Assembly: GCA_024278215.1 (NCBI GenBank)
Contig: JAJRTR010000192.1
Coordinates: forward strand, 1 to 41,894
Direction: 5' to 3'
Origin: a bacterium
GTDB taxonomy: Bacteria > UBP15 > UBA6099 > JAJRTR01
DNA length: 41,894 bases
Made by a program: the position numbers and the translations under genes. The number at the start of each line of letters is the position of its first letter. Within the stretch, counting starts at the first letter, position 1. The notes below the pieces were generated by a model. That model was not told where the DNA came from, did no database searches, and saw nothing but the letters and a program-made list of their open reading frames with translations. This document shows positions 10,116 through 20,591 of the stretch, piece after piece.

Positions 10116-11069
10116 TTACGGCTTTCTGACTTTAAACATTTTTTTCTTTTTCACTTTATTCAACACGATATTTTCTTTCCTTGATTTTATTGCGACAATA
10201 TCTCCGAAACGGACCTCTTTCCTTATCGTCAGGTGGTTTTCCGGGTCGAACCAGAGTGACAACACAGCTTTTTTACCTTTGTATTCCTTTAATCTTTTGT
10301 TCATCATTCCCAGTTCGAGATTCATCTGACCGTAAGTTTCGGCCGGTATGCCGTACTTTTCCGCCGAGCAATCCATATTCCATGGAACAGTGTTATTGTT
10401 GATGTCGAAGTCGACTCGATAGGCGTCTCTGCCGCCAACCTGTTCGATGCCGGCCGAAGTCATTTTGCCGCCGTTGGCCTGCATGCAGTCGAGTTCCAGC
10501 ATGTCGAACGTCCAGTTGATAACCATCGTGACGGCACTGTCCACATTAACAGATTTTCTGAACACCAGTCCGAGAAACGGTTCTTTAAGGGAAGCTTCAC
10601 CGGGGTTGATGTCCGGTCTGTAAATCGCAGTGGCACCCTGGAGGAAATCAGGGATATAATCGTTTTTTACCATTTTTACTTGCATCAGAAACGGTTTTAC
10701 GAACATTACGTGCGATTCTGTTTCGCGATAGCCGCCGACCGAGGTATCCATCGTATACTTTTTTCTTGTGACCAGGCTTATTTTGTCAAGGATCGGCTTA
10801 TAAGCTTCGAGTGCTTTCTTATGTCGCGAAGCAACGAATTTATCAGCGTAATCGGACCTGTATTCGACATAGGATGCGCTTTTGAGCTTCGTCGCGGCTT
10901 CTCTGAATTGCCGGACAATTACTGCTGGTGATGTTGCTGTTGCCGTTGTTGCCGCCAGCTCTGCCGCAGCCGCATTCGAGGCCGGGCACAGGAAAAGAAT
11001 TGCCAAAAGAGCAATCAGTGAAATAAACGAAAACATGACTGTCTTTTGTACCATTTGTATATATCGCAT
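10116..11069 (-). CDS. Exported hypothetical protein (possibly LolA-like fold)
   Basis: Long ORF with a signal peptide. GIEQVGGRDAYRVDF and SLWFDPENHL recall LolA-like proteins; the fold call is weak. Confidence 0.7.
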   Translation of the reverse strand: MRYIQMVQKTVMFSFISLIALLAILFLCPASNAAAAELAATTATATSPAVIVRQFREAATKLKSASYVEYRSDYADKFVASRHKKALEAYKPILDKISLVTRKKYTMDTSVGGYRETESHVMFVKPFLMQVKMVKNDYIPDFLQGATAIYRPDINPGEASLKEPFLGLVFRKSVNVDSAVTMVINWTFDMLELDCMQANGGKMTSAGIEQVGGRDAYRVDFDINNNTVPWNMDCSAEKYGIPAETYGQMNLELGMMNKRLKEYKGKKAVLSLWFDPENHLTIRKEVRFGDIVAIKSRKENIVLNKVKKKKMFKVRKP

Positions 11070-11388
11070 TTTACCGTCCTGAAAAAAACCATCGCGACAA
11101 TATATTGAAATATACGCTTTGTTCCGGAACGCCTGTTACGGTCAAACGCTCCTGGTTCCATAAATAATTTGTCGGATGATTTTGGCACCGATTGAACAAC
11201 TCTGATTCTGCCATACACGGTTTGCGTTGACCTGTGGGCTCGTCCGTTAAGAATCCTGCAATCGGCTCGAATTTATATTTTCCCAATTGGCATATACACG
11301 ATCTTACAGGGAATAACGGTTATTCTATCATTCTGCGCCGGATTGCTCAACATATTTTTTGTAATAAAAACAACAGTAACCGACATCA

Positions 11389-12846
11389 TCAGCCATCAGT
11401 GGTTTCTGTGCAAACAGCAATATCCCTGGGTATTTTGTAGGCCGCGAGAGATTTCCTCAAGAATCGCTGAAGTTCATTGCGGGTAACTTCCATGCCGTGG
11501 CGTAAGGTCACTTCAGCAGCCGGACTTTCTCCCAGGAGGTCGCTTGGTGTCGAAAAGACACGGCAGGTTTTCACGGCAGGATGTTCCATCATCCTGGATT
11601 CCACCTCGGTGCAATACACATTTAATCCGCCGACGATAACCATTCGCCTCATTCGTCCGGTGAGATGAACGTAGCCTTCTTTGTCAAAGAAGGCTATGTC
11701 ACCTGTGTAGAACCATTCGTCTTTAAGATAAGTGGCTGTCGCCGCCGGTTGATTGAGATATTCTTTCATTACATTTTCGCCCTTGACGATAAGCTCGCCC
11801 TCAGAGCCTGTCGGAAGCGCATCGCCGTTTTTGCCTATGATTTTTACTTGTAGATTGTACAGCGGCGGCCCTACTGTATCTTTCCTGTTTCCATTTTCAT
11901 CGAGAGGGTTGAATGTTATGACAGGGCCTGCCTCGGTAGCGCCGTAGCCCTGGTAGATTTCTCTGCCGAAAGCATTCTCGAAATCGGCAAGGAGTCCGGG
12001 CATGGGTGCGCCGCCGCCGGAAATGAATGCTCGCATTGCGGGGTATGGGTTTCCCTCGCTGCCGAATTTATCGGTAAACCTTCTTAATATGGTTGGAACG
12101 GCAATGAGAATAGTCACATTCTCTTTAAGAATATCCTTTTCGAGGCGATCCATGTTCAACATTTCGTGAAGTAATATTGTAGCGCCCTGCATGATGGGAA
12201 GGTTGAGGCTGGTAGTGAGCGAAAACGCATGGTAGAGGGGAAGGATGGTCAGGAAGACATCGGCCTCTGTTATGGAAGAAGACTGAAGGGCGCCGCGTGC
12301 GTTTGCCAGCAGCCCGCCGTGAGTGAGGCATGCGCCAAGGCAACAGCCGCCTACGCCGTTTGTATATACAATCAGTGCGGTGTCGTCCGGATTTTTCTCC
12401 ACCGGGTCGAGTGTCGAATGTGTCTCCCGCAGTATCGACTTGATATCAGTGCGGGACGGGTCACCCATATTATCGGCATAGATAATTTGCCTGCCGCCGG
12501 CGGCTTTCAGAATCGCCTCGTCGAAAAGCGGGTGTGTCACTATCAGTCCGACACCGGCATCCTCGAACATGTAGCCCATTTCCCTGGCTGTATACAGAGG
12601 GTTTACAGCGACAACTTCCGCGCCTGAAGCGAGAGCGCCATAAAACGCCACCGGGAACTCCGGTATGTTCGGCAGCACGACAGCTACCCTTTTCCCCGGC
12701 CCCATCTCCGCTTTGTGCAGGTAAAACGCGAATTTCATTGTTTGCTCGCACAATTCCGCATACGTGATGCGCCGGTCGTAGAACACGATAGCTGTCTTAT
12801 CCGGAAACCGTTCTGCGGATTGTTTAACTACACTAGCGAGATTCAT
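11389..12846 (-). CDS. AMP-binding (long-chain acyl-CoA ligase-like) enzyme with atypical P-loop
   Basis: VNPLYTARE, LPLYHAF, QGYGATE, WFYTGDI and AAYKIPR motifs. ATG 12846 follows AGAAGGAAG. Confidence 0.88.
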   Translation of the reverse strand: MNLASVVKQSAERFPDKTAIVFYDRRITYAELCEQTMKFAFYLHKAEMGPGKRVAVVLPNIPEFPVAFYGALASGAEVVAVNPLYTAREMGYMFEDAGVGLIVTHPLFDEAILKAAGGRQIIYADNMGDPSRTDIKSILRETHSTLDPVEKNPDDTALIVYTNGVGGCCLGACLTHGGLLANARGALQSSSITEADVFLTILPLYHAFSLTTSLNLPIMQGATILLHEMLNMDRLEKDILKENVTILIAVPTILRRFTDKFGSEGNPYPAMRAFISGGGAPMPGLLADFENAFGREIYQGYGATEAGPVITFNPLDENGNRKDTVGPPLYNLQVKIIGKNGDALPTGSEGELIVKGENVMKEYLNQPAATATYLKDEWFYTGDIAFFDKEGYVHLTGRMRRMVIVGGLNVYCTEVESRMMEHPAVKTCRVFSTPSDLLGESPAAEVTLRHGMEVTRNELQRFLRKSLAAYKIPRDIAVCTETTDG

Positions 12847-13339
12847 TCGCTTCCTTCTTTTCAATCATCGGCACCAACTGCAATATTTTGATTCGACCGC
12901 GATCGGGCCATCAAAAAGCTGTTTGTACCGGAACAAAGTGCAGACTGTATTCTATGTAATTATTCTTGTAAGGTAAATGAATTTGTCGATTCCCGGCAAA
13001 TCGGCGATTTTGGGGGTTGCCGGTTCCGGTACGCCAATCGCAACACAGCGGTTGTATATTGCGCGTCCCAACTCGGCAAAACAGAAACCGGAATGGGCCG
13101 GAAAGGGAAAAATCCCGGACAAAGATCATGCGGATTTGCACTGATAATCCATGACTTTCTCTTCCGTCGTTACCACCGTATCCGGCAGGTAACGTGCAGA
13201 CTGAACGTCTGCGTTCATAATAATCGTTGCGATAGAATTGTATCGTTTACAGCACGATGAATACCGAAAAACAGGAGTGTAATGAACTACCCCGGAGCAA
13301 GCGCCGTGGAATTCTTTTCGATTAAAACCCGTGCGTGTT

Positions 13340-13756
13340 TCAGAGCCTGCCGAGCCTGCCGAGTGCGCTGAGGGCATCCTTGAGAATGTGATCGTGGTCG
13401 AAAGCGAGATCGACAGCCTCGGCCGGCGCGAAAAGTGCGGCTGCGGCTGCGTCGTCCGCGCCTTCGAGTTCGCCGCCGATTTTATTTGCGATATATGCAA
13501 CAGACACTGTGTGCCCCCTCGGGTCGCGAGCGGGATCGGAGTAGACGCCGAGTAATCCGACAAGCTCGACATCCAGGTTCGTTTCCTCGTGCGACTCCCT
13601 GACTGCGGCGGCTTCCACACGTTCGCCATAATCGACGAATCCGCCCGGCAGCGCCCATTTGCCTTTGTACGGTTCATTTTTTCTCTTGATAAGTACTATC
13701 TTTCCGTCAATGGGAATAACAATGTCCACCGTCAGTGCCGGAATTTTTCTTTCCAT
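13340..13756 (-). CDS. NUDIX hydrolase
   Basis: Nudix box [23 protein letters not shown], plus RDPRGH and LAFDH. Confidence 0.92.
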   Translation of the reverse strand: MERKIPALTVDIVIPIDGKIVLIKRKNEPYKGKWALPGGFVDYGERVEAAAVRESHEETNLDVELVGLLGVYSDPARDPRGHTVSVAYIANKIGGELEGADDAAAAALFAPAEAVDLAFDHDHILKDALSALGRLGRL

Positions 13757-13805
13757 AAGTTGTTTTCAACTCCCGATTGTATTAACTATAATAATGCAGG
13801 TAATT

Positions 13806-14936
13806 ATGCTCTTAATAAGATTTAAAATCAACATTGCAATTTTCATAGCGGTTTTTCTTACAATCTGTTCTTTAATGTATACCTCGCAGGCTGCCGAAAT
13901 ACGGCAACTGGACAGATGGGACAAACAGATTACAAAAGGGGTGCTTTATTCGCACTACAAGCTTAAGGTCGAGGAAAAACCGCTTCATATCTTCGTTGTC
14001 TGGGTATCACTTACAGACCCGCGCATCGACATCAGGCCCATTCTCGCGAACGACAGGCTCGACAGCCTCGAGACTGTTCCCGCGATGGCCAGGCGAACGG
14101 GCGCGATCGTTGCGATCAACGGTTCGTTTTTCAACAGGTCCGACAAGAATCCTTTCCCTGTCGGTTTTATTATGAGCAAGGGGCGCACTGTATATTTTTC
14201 GCATGAAAACCGGAGTGCGTTCGGACTCACGGCAAGGAAAATCCCGCTCTTCGGGTATCCGACGACAAAAGGTATCATCTATATCGAGAAAACAGGCGAC
14301 TATTTCGAACTCAAGGGTATGAACAGGAAGCGCTGCAACAACGACGCGCTTGTCTATTCTCCTGAATATGCCGACCGGACGGGCACAAACCAGCACGGCA
14401 TCGAGATAATAGTATCGAACGACATTGTGGTCGGCACGAGCAAAGGCGATTCGGTAATTCCCGGCAACGGTTTTGTTATTTCCCTGCACGGAGAGAATAA
14501 GAAATATGCGAACCGGCTTTCGACAGGTGATAAGGTCAGACTCTACTTCGTTGTCGATCCCGCCTGGCTCGACGTATACAACGCGCTCACGGGCTGACCG
14601 CTGCTGATTCGCGGAGGCCGGATAGTCGTCGATAAGTCGGCTAAAGAAAAGTTGAAGATGGGTGTCCGGCACAGGATACCGCTCACAGCGGTCGGAAGCA
14701 CGCTCGAGGGCAGGCTGATGCTCGTGGTGGCGGATGGACGGCAGCCGAAATACAGCGTGGGGGTCACCTATGCCGAAATGGCGCAGTTTATGAGGTCGAT
14801 CGGCGCGATAAATGCTATCGGGATGGACGGCGGCGGCTCGAGCGCCATGGTGATAAAAGGTGAACTCGTGAACCGCCCCAGCGGAGGCAGTTCGCGACGT
14901 GTCTCGAACGGACTGGGTGTTTTTATCGGACGATGA
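13806..14936 (+). pseudogene. Phosphodiester glycosidase (NAGPA/EpsL-like) interrupted by an in-frame TGA at 14595-14597
   Basis: The two track ORFs (ending 14597 and 14936) share a frame with no other stop between them. Joined, they read AINGSFF...ALTG*PLLIRGG...TAVG...VADGRQ...DGGGSS, one complete domain. Start is approximate. Confidence 0.8.
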
Positions 14937-15285
14937 ACCGATTGCAAATCTACGTGCTTATACACAATACATAAGTACGCAGGTCCTTATCGCGCTGTAA
15001 GCGATAATATGGTGTCGCTAAGCAAGATGATATGGTGAACATGGAGCGTTCAGCCCCTGCGTTCCGGGTCGGATCCCCGGAACGACAAAAACCCCTGTGT
15101 GCCGTGCTCCGTGTGCCGTGCTCAAACCGCATTTGTTTGGGCACGAAAATGCGACTTTTTGGGTTCCGGCTACGCTGGGTCAGTATCTGGCCTCTTCGAT
15201 TTTCAACTATACGCCCGACGGCGATTATACAATATATGATTGCAGAACATATACAGATCGCGATACATAAAACAAAGGATAGCTT

Positions 15286-16713
15286 ATGTCAAAGAAAAAA
15301 CTTGTGTTCATCGATATCGACGGGATCAGGCCGGAAGTTTTATATGATGTGCTCGACGATCCGGGCACTAATATGCACAGGATAGCAGGAAGGGGCATAC
15401 GTATCGAGCGAGCGGCAACTGTGTTTCCCGCCGTGACACTCACCTGCCAGGCGTCCATGTTCACCGGCACTTTCCCCTCCACACACGGCATTGTGGGCAA
15501 CAGCTGGTTCGACCGCGCGGCTACCCCGCCTCTGTACCGCAAGTATACTTCCGCTAAGACCGCCGCAGGGGTCTATGGTTTCGGACTGTTCGGGCTACCC
15601 ACGATCATCCTGCCCGAACGCCCCGAACTGATGTATGCAAATAACGATATGAGCAAGAATATAAAAACCATATATGAGATGGCGGGCGAAAAGGGACTTT
15701 CGAGTTGGAACCATTTCAACCAGTACAGCCGCGGCGCGGACAAGTGGACGCGCCCGTCACGCCCCGAGATGATCATTTTCGCTCTGTGCCACGAGGAACT
15801 CGTTCACAATGTCCGGTGGGATCGTGTCACGTTCGCGCACTTCTTCAAAGAACTGCGCCGTGCGGGCGAACTGCCCGATCTCACGGTCTTCTATGAATCC
15901 GGCCACGACAACAACAGCCACGAGAACGGCGCGGATACACAGGACGAATATTTCAGGAATATTGTCGATCCGCTCTTCGGCGAGTTCGTCGCAGAACTGG
16001 AAAAGCACACGCCTCTCGAAGACCTTTTCTTTATTGTCACATCGGATCACGGACAGGCACAGGTCAAAAGAGAAAATGGCTTTAATATCAATATGGAGAT
16101 ACTGTCGAACATACTTGATGCGGTGCCGGGCGGCGGTTACACACTTTTCAACGGCAAAGATGTGCGGGAAGGCGACACGGCAGTTGTCTGCACCGAGGCG
16201 GGCGCGGCCCAGGTGCACCTGATGAACCGCGGCACAAATAACTGGCTCGACGCGCCCCGCTTCGAGGAAGACCTGATTCCGGTCGCCGAAGCCTTCGCCG
16301 CGCAAAACGCTTCGCCGCATCCCTTTGTCGATGTAATCCTCGTTCGCCGCGAGATGGGCGCCGAGTATGAAGTATACGACAACGGCGGCCTCGTGCCGCT
16401 CGAAACTTTTTTCGACGGGAAAGAAGACATATACCCGGACGCTGTCCGCCGTCTGCGTGGAATCAACTGCGGGAAGTCCGGCGACCTGATCGTGCTGCTT
16501 GACTACTCGACCGGCTGCTATTACGGAGAGAAACTGAAAGCGGGCGAGCACGGCAACCTGCGTTTCGAGGATTCGCTCATACCGCTTGTCGTCGCCGGGC
16601 CTGACATACCGGATAAGACAATCCGCTCGGCCTCTCTGGTAGATTGTGTGCCGACTGCCGCGAAAATTCTCGGTTTCGACTCGCCTACCGCCGAAGGCGT
16701 GTCTTTGATTTAA
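15286..16713 (+). CDS. Alkaline phosphatase superfamily / nucleotide pyrophosphatase-phosphodiesterase
   Basis: FIDIDGIR, FPAVT (Thr nucleophile), HGIVGN, DNNSH, TSDHG and GEHG motifs. Confidence 0.88.
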   Translation: MSKKKLVFIDIDGIRPEVLYDVLDDPGTNMHRIAGRGIRIERAATVFPAVTLTCQASMFTGTFPSTHGIVGNSWFDRAATPPLYRKYTSAKTAAGVYGFGLFGLPTIILPERPELMYANNDMSKNIKTIYEMAGEKGLSSWNHFNQYSRGADKWTRPSRPEMIIFALCHEELVHNVRWDRVTFAHFFKELRRAGELPDLTVFYESGHDNNSHENGADTQDEYFRNIVDPLFGEFVAELEKHTPLEDLFFIVTSDHGQAQVKRENGFNINMEILSNILDAVPGGGYTLFNGKDVREGDTAVVCTEAGAAQVHLMNRGTNNWLDAPRFEEDLIPVAEAFAAQNASPHPFVDVILVRREMGAEYEVYDNGGLVPLETFFDGKEDIYPDAVRRLRGINCGKSGDLIVLLDYSTGCYYGEKLKAGEHGNLRFEDSLIPLVVAGPDIPDKTIRSASLVDCVPTAAKILGFDSPTAEGVSLI

Positions 16714-16793
16714 GTCATAGCAATGATTCATAACGAATGTTGTAAGAATCGAGTGGGACGTATCATAATAATGGTATACGGATGAAACCGGTT

Positions 16794-16820
16794 TTTGGCC
16801 CACATTGGTGAAATATGCGG
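16794..16820 (+). repeat. 27-bp palindromic repeat, third copy (family B)
   Basis: TTTGGCCCACATTGGTGAAATATGCGG, 2 mismatches to 38317-38343. Confidence 0.85.
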
Positions 16821-16843
16821 GTTTACGAAATAAGTGGGTGAAA

Positions 16844-17959
16844 ATGAAAAAAACTAACAGATCGACACAACAGTTATTAGGAATAATCCTGATAATAAGC
16901 GTTTGGTTTTCAATCCCGATATATGCGGCAGCTCAAGAAACAGGCGATGAAGAACCGCCCTCGCTGCTGCCCGGTAACATCGTCAGGAAAATATCCAACA
17001 TGATGCGCGACCAGTTGCCGCCGTATTTTGCGTCTGTTACAGTAAAAACGCAATCTTCGGACGCAGGCAGACGTGTCACGATCAAACTGAAAACAGAGCC
17101 GGGATACAGCGAGAATGGGAAGAAGGCCCCGATTATCGCGGTCGGCGCGCAGATGTCGACAAACAAGGAAAAAACATGGAAAGCCGTAGAACTGAACAAT
17201 GAGGCGGCGCGCGCCGGACAGATCACGCAATGGTCCGCCTCGGCGGACATCGGCGGCGGCGCACCGACAGTTGCTTTAAGGGCGAAAGACGAAAAGCTGA
17301 GGATGGCGGTTACGGTGCCCTGCAAAGTTAGCGCGTGGCCCGCCGCAGCGGCGATGTGGCGCACAAGCTGTGTGCAACTCCAGGACAAGAAACTCGACTC
17401 ATGCCTCGCCAAACAAACCCCGGCAGGCTGCATGATCCAGATAGCACAGGACGAACCGCCCGTGGACGACATGCCATACACCGCCGGCGACGATCTCGAC
17501 ATGATCGCTTCATACATCGGCTACGACGACAAATATATTTATCTTTCAATGACCGTGCAGCGCGAGATCAGCCCCGGCAGCCTGACGCCCATCATGCTTC
17601 ATCAATACGCTTTCGTCCTCATGCTTCCGAACAAAATCGCGCCGGCCACTGAAGACCGTATCCCTCACAACGGCATCATCGTTCGTTACATGCCGCAGGG
17701 CGAGACTGCGCCCGGATTCATTGATCCGTGCGGCATCATCACACTCGGTGCGGACAACAAATACATCCTCGATACGAAATCCGCGACATGCTCGGCGGAG
17801 GGCCCGTTTCTGTTCATGAAGATCGACCGCCTCGCGCTGGGCACCGACAAAGTAAATGAACTGCTTGTGATCGCCCACACGGGTACAGTCCGGGGCGTGA
17901 AAAAAGACGAGTTCAGCTATGTCGATTTCTCCATGCCGACAAGAGTGATGTTTAAATAG
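16844..17959 (+). CDS. Exported hypothetical protein
   Basis: Long ORF with a signal peptide (MKKTNRS...IYAAAQ). The track start lies inside the repeat, so ATG 16844 is preferred. Confidence 0.75.
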   Translation: MKKTNRSTQQLLGIILIISVWFSIPIYAAAQETGDEEPPSLLPGNIVRKISNMMRDQLPPYFASVTVKTQSSDAGRRVTIKLKTEPGYSENGKKAPIIAVGAQMSTNKEKTWKAVELNNEAARAGQITQWSASADIGGGAPTVALRAKDEKLRMAVTVPCKVSAWPAAAAMWRTSCVQLQDKKLDSCLAKQTPAGCMIQIAQDEPPVDDMPYTAGDDLDMIASYIGYDDKYIYLSMTVQREISPGSLTPIMLHQYAFVLMLPNKIAPATEDRIPHNGIIVRYMPQGETAPGFIDPCGIITLGADNKYILDTKSATCSAEGPFLFMKIDRLALGTDKVNELLVIAHTGTVRGVKKDEFSYVDFSMPTRVMFK

Positions 17960-18004
17960 TGGCTGAAAGAAAACCTGCTCCCATCACGGACATGATATTG
18001 AGGT

Positions 18005-18253
18005 TCAGCGCACACGAGCTTCCGGATTTTTTTTAGCCGGTGACGGATTGACGATGTTAAAATAATCTATATTTGTTTCGACGAGGAAAATCACGTCGGT
18101 GTCGCTGTTTACGAGAGCATACACCATGCTGAAGGCGTTTGTGCTGGTGGACATCGCCGAAAATACTTTTTCCGGCGGTTTCTTCATCAGTTGCCTCAGA
18201 AGAGTATATAAGGACTGACCCCTGATTACCCCTGATAAACTGTAGCCGATCAA
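18005..18253 (-). CDS. Small hypothetical protein
   Basis: The TTG start overlaps the TGA stop of the upstream gene (TTGA) and the ORF fills the gap. Confidence 0.45.
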   Translation of the reverse strand: MIGYSLSGVIRGQSLYTLLRQLMKKPPEKVFSAMSTSTNAFSMVYALVNSDTDVIFLVETNIDYFNIVNPSPAKKNPEARVR

Positions 18254-19794
18254 TGATCCTGCCTTTTGTGCAGGTGTATGGGCAGCACGTCTGATACAGT
18301 GTGTCGTTTCTTTCGGCTGTTCGTATCTTTGTCGTTTTTTTCGCGCAGATGCCGGATTTCGCGCTCCATGTTTTCGAGGATGAACACCACGTCCATCGCG
18401 CGTATTTTTTCCTCGGGTATTTCAGGCACATATTCCCCATATTGTTCGAATGCCTGCACCGCCAGACACCTCAGTTTCTCCGATTCGTCGGACATCCGGC
18501 TGATCATATCTTCTTTTTCGTATAATTCCTTTTTCCATCTCTCCAGCTTTTTATCCTGTGTCGCCAGTTGTTTTTCCTGCACCCGCAACATTTTGTTTCG
18601 TTCGTCGACAAGGGCTGTGGCTCCGGCAAGCTTTCTTTCCATCTTATGTGCCGCCTCCGCCTGCCGCCGCGCATAATCATTTTTCAGGCGCTCGTTTTCT
18701 TTTACGGCGGCTTCGAGTTTTCCGCTCAGTTCATTTATCAGAACCTTCTGAATTTCGAGCATGGAGCTTTGTTCGTACAGCTTGTTTCGGAAGTGATTTA
18801 GTTCCTCTTCAGTGTCTGTGACGCGAGCCGCAAGGTCCTCCTTTTCTCTGACAATCCTGTTGAAGTCGTCTTCGTCGATGTTCGAGCCGGTCTGCCCGGC
18901 CATGATCGTATAGAATGGGTCGGGTACGCTGCACTCATGGTCCATCATTGCCGCCGCGAGGTTCCTGTGATGCCGCGAGAACAATTTCGAGGCAGTCCAT
19001 GTGCTCAGCTTGGCGGCAACCACCAGTACGCACTGATTAAGCACATTCTCGTATGATGCGTATTCATCATTGTTGATTGCAATGCGGCAGTACTCGAATT
19101 TTACATTTCTATTCAGCAATTCATTAAGAAGATTCCAAACGGAAGCGGCGCATTCGACGGGATGCGATTTGGAGAAGGTGACTTTGCCGATGTTGTGTTT
19201 GTGGCTCCAGAAGTGTTTTCTCGCGGCGGAGTCGTGCTGTATCATGTCGAAAAGCTGCCTGTTCTTGAAGTGCATCTCGAGCGGGCCGGGCGGACCTGCG
19301 ATTTTTATGCGCTCATTATTGACGATTATGTTTATTGTCGGCGTGAATTTTGTGAGAACCGCGGCAGCGGTGAAGTGGTGCAGCACGATGAAACAATTGC
19401 GCAGCAGCGACTCCGGATCGACGGGTTCACCCTGCCGGGGGTCGCTTTTCTCCGCCTCGCGTGATATTTCATTGCAGACCGGGCATATTCCGGTATATTC
19501 GCTGTCGCTCCGCGGCAGAAAATCAATGCCGCAATGCCGGCAGGTTCGCAGAGCGCCCTGTTTTCCGGCATTCCTCAGCCATTCGTCATATTTCTCCCGC
19601 CGACCGGCTGTTGTGAGCACTTCGTATGCCCTGTTGATTATCGTCATCTCCCGGCGCGCGACATCCACCAGCTTGCCGCCCAGGCTGTTGACCCTGTCGG
19701 GGTGATACTGTTTGCACTTTGTCCTGTAAGCTTTTTTTATCGCCTGCCCGGACGAGAAGTCCGCGACTTCCAGTATCTGATAATAATTGATCAT
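18250..19794 (-). CDS. J-domain protein with zinc ribbon and C-terminal coiled coil
   Basis: NYYQILEV...IKKAYR...HPD...INRAYEVL, then CRHC/CPVC and a long E/K/Q-rich heptad region. Confidence 0.85.
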   Translation of the reverse strand: MINYYQILEVADFSSGQAIKKAYRTKCKQYHPDRVNSLGGKLVDVARREMTIINRAYEVLTTAGRREKYDEWLRNAGKQGALRTCRHCGIDFLPRSDSEYTGICPVCNEISREAEKSDPRQGEPVDPESLLRNCFIVLHHFTAAAVLTKFTPTINIIVNNERIKIAGPPGPLEMHFKNRQLFDMIQHDSAARKHFWSHKHNIGKVTFSKSHPVECAASVWNLLNELLNRNVKFEYCRIAINNDEYASYENVLNQCVLVVAAKLSTWTASKLFSRHHRNLAAAMMDHECSVPDPFYTIMAGQTGSNIDEDDFNRIVREKEDLAARVTDTEEELNHFRNKLYEQSSMLEIQKVLINELSGKLEAAVKENERLKNDYARRQAEAAHKMERKLAGATALVDERNKMLRVQEKQLATQDKKLERWKKELYEKEDMISRMSDESEKLRCLAVQAFEQYGEYVPEIPEEKIRAMDVVFILENMEREIRHLREKNDKDTNSRKKRHTVSDVLPIHLHKRQDH

Positions 19795-20151
19795 TCGGCG
19801 CTTCTCCCGTCATTCAAGTCACCGTCAACCCCTATTTTTACGGAGCAGTGCCGCCGTGTCAATCCATTGCTGATTCAGATTCGGTTTGCATTCCCGATAT
19901 CTTGGACATCAAGTGTTTCCCTGTCGGCTGTGATCGTCGAAGTGTATGCAAGTCCATACAAACGAACTGTTCTTTTATCTTTTATCCATATATCCACTGT
20001 TTACAGATAATTCAGAAAGGTTAACGGTGGAATCGTGATACGAAAAGGCTTTCGACATAATGTCTTTTGGGAAATTTTTCGTATCCTTCATGTGGCAGGA
20101 TATTTGCTGGAGACAGGGCATAGGTTGGAACTGTTGACTATAGAATAGGAA

Positions 20152-20535
20152 ATGCCTGTGAGCAAAGTGCTTTTTGCAATTGAAGACCTTTATATTAGAG
20201 ACGCGATAAAAGGAATAGTAGGCCGGATACCGGGAGTTTATGCCGTATTCGAGGATAGCGGGATCGAAGCGATAAAGACGCTGCTCGATGACGTCGATAA
20301 CTTTGACAGTGTCGTTCTGTATTCGGAGAAAGTGGAGATGGGCGTGATCGACATTGCACGCCTGATCCGCAACAGGTTCGGGAAACTGCCGATAGCGATT
20401 ATGGCATCGCATGATGATATTCATACGAAAATAAACTCGACTTCTCTTGGCCGGATATATTTCATAGGTACTAATTTCGATGATAAAGATATGCGAAACC
20501 TGCTGGAAAGCCTTGAAAAAGAGTCGATGAAATGA
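20152..20535 (+). CDS. Single-domain receiver-like protein (pseudo-receiver)
   Basis: CheY-like layout (KVLFAIED...FDSVVLY...GVIDIARLIR...PIAIM) lacking the phosphoacceptor Asp and the KP motif. Confidence 0.55.
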   Translation: MPVSKVLFAIEDLYIRDAIKGIVGRIPGVYAVFEDSGIEAIKTLLDDVDNFDSVVLYSEKVEMGVIDIARLIRNRFGKLPIAIMASHDDIHTKINSTSLGRIYFIGTNFDDKDMRNLLESLEKESMK

Positions 20536-20591
20536 GCAGAATCGTTTTCACTATGATATTTCTGTAAACGTTTTTTTCAGGTCGCCTGCAA

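Noticed and set aside
12865-13339. Riboswitch in the long intergenic region upstream of the acyl-CoA ligase
   Set aside because: Several short hairpins are present, but I could not match a known aptamer consensus. An Rfam scan is needed.
14595-14597. Genome-wide TGA reassignment (Gly or Trp)
   Set aside because: Many well-supported genes here end cleanly in TGA (DsbA, Rrf2, GNAT, tupA, tupB) and no other gene shows an internal TGA.
15059-15083. tRNA fragment or terminator (CGTTCCGGG...CCCGGAACG hairpin)
   Set aside because: No TTCGA T-loop, cloverleaf or U-tail; only an isolated stem.
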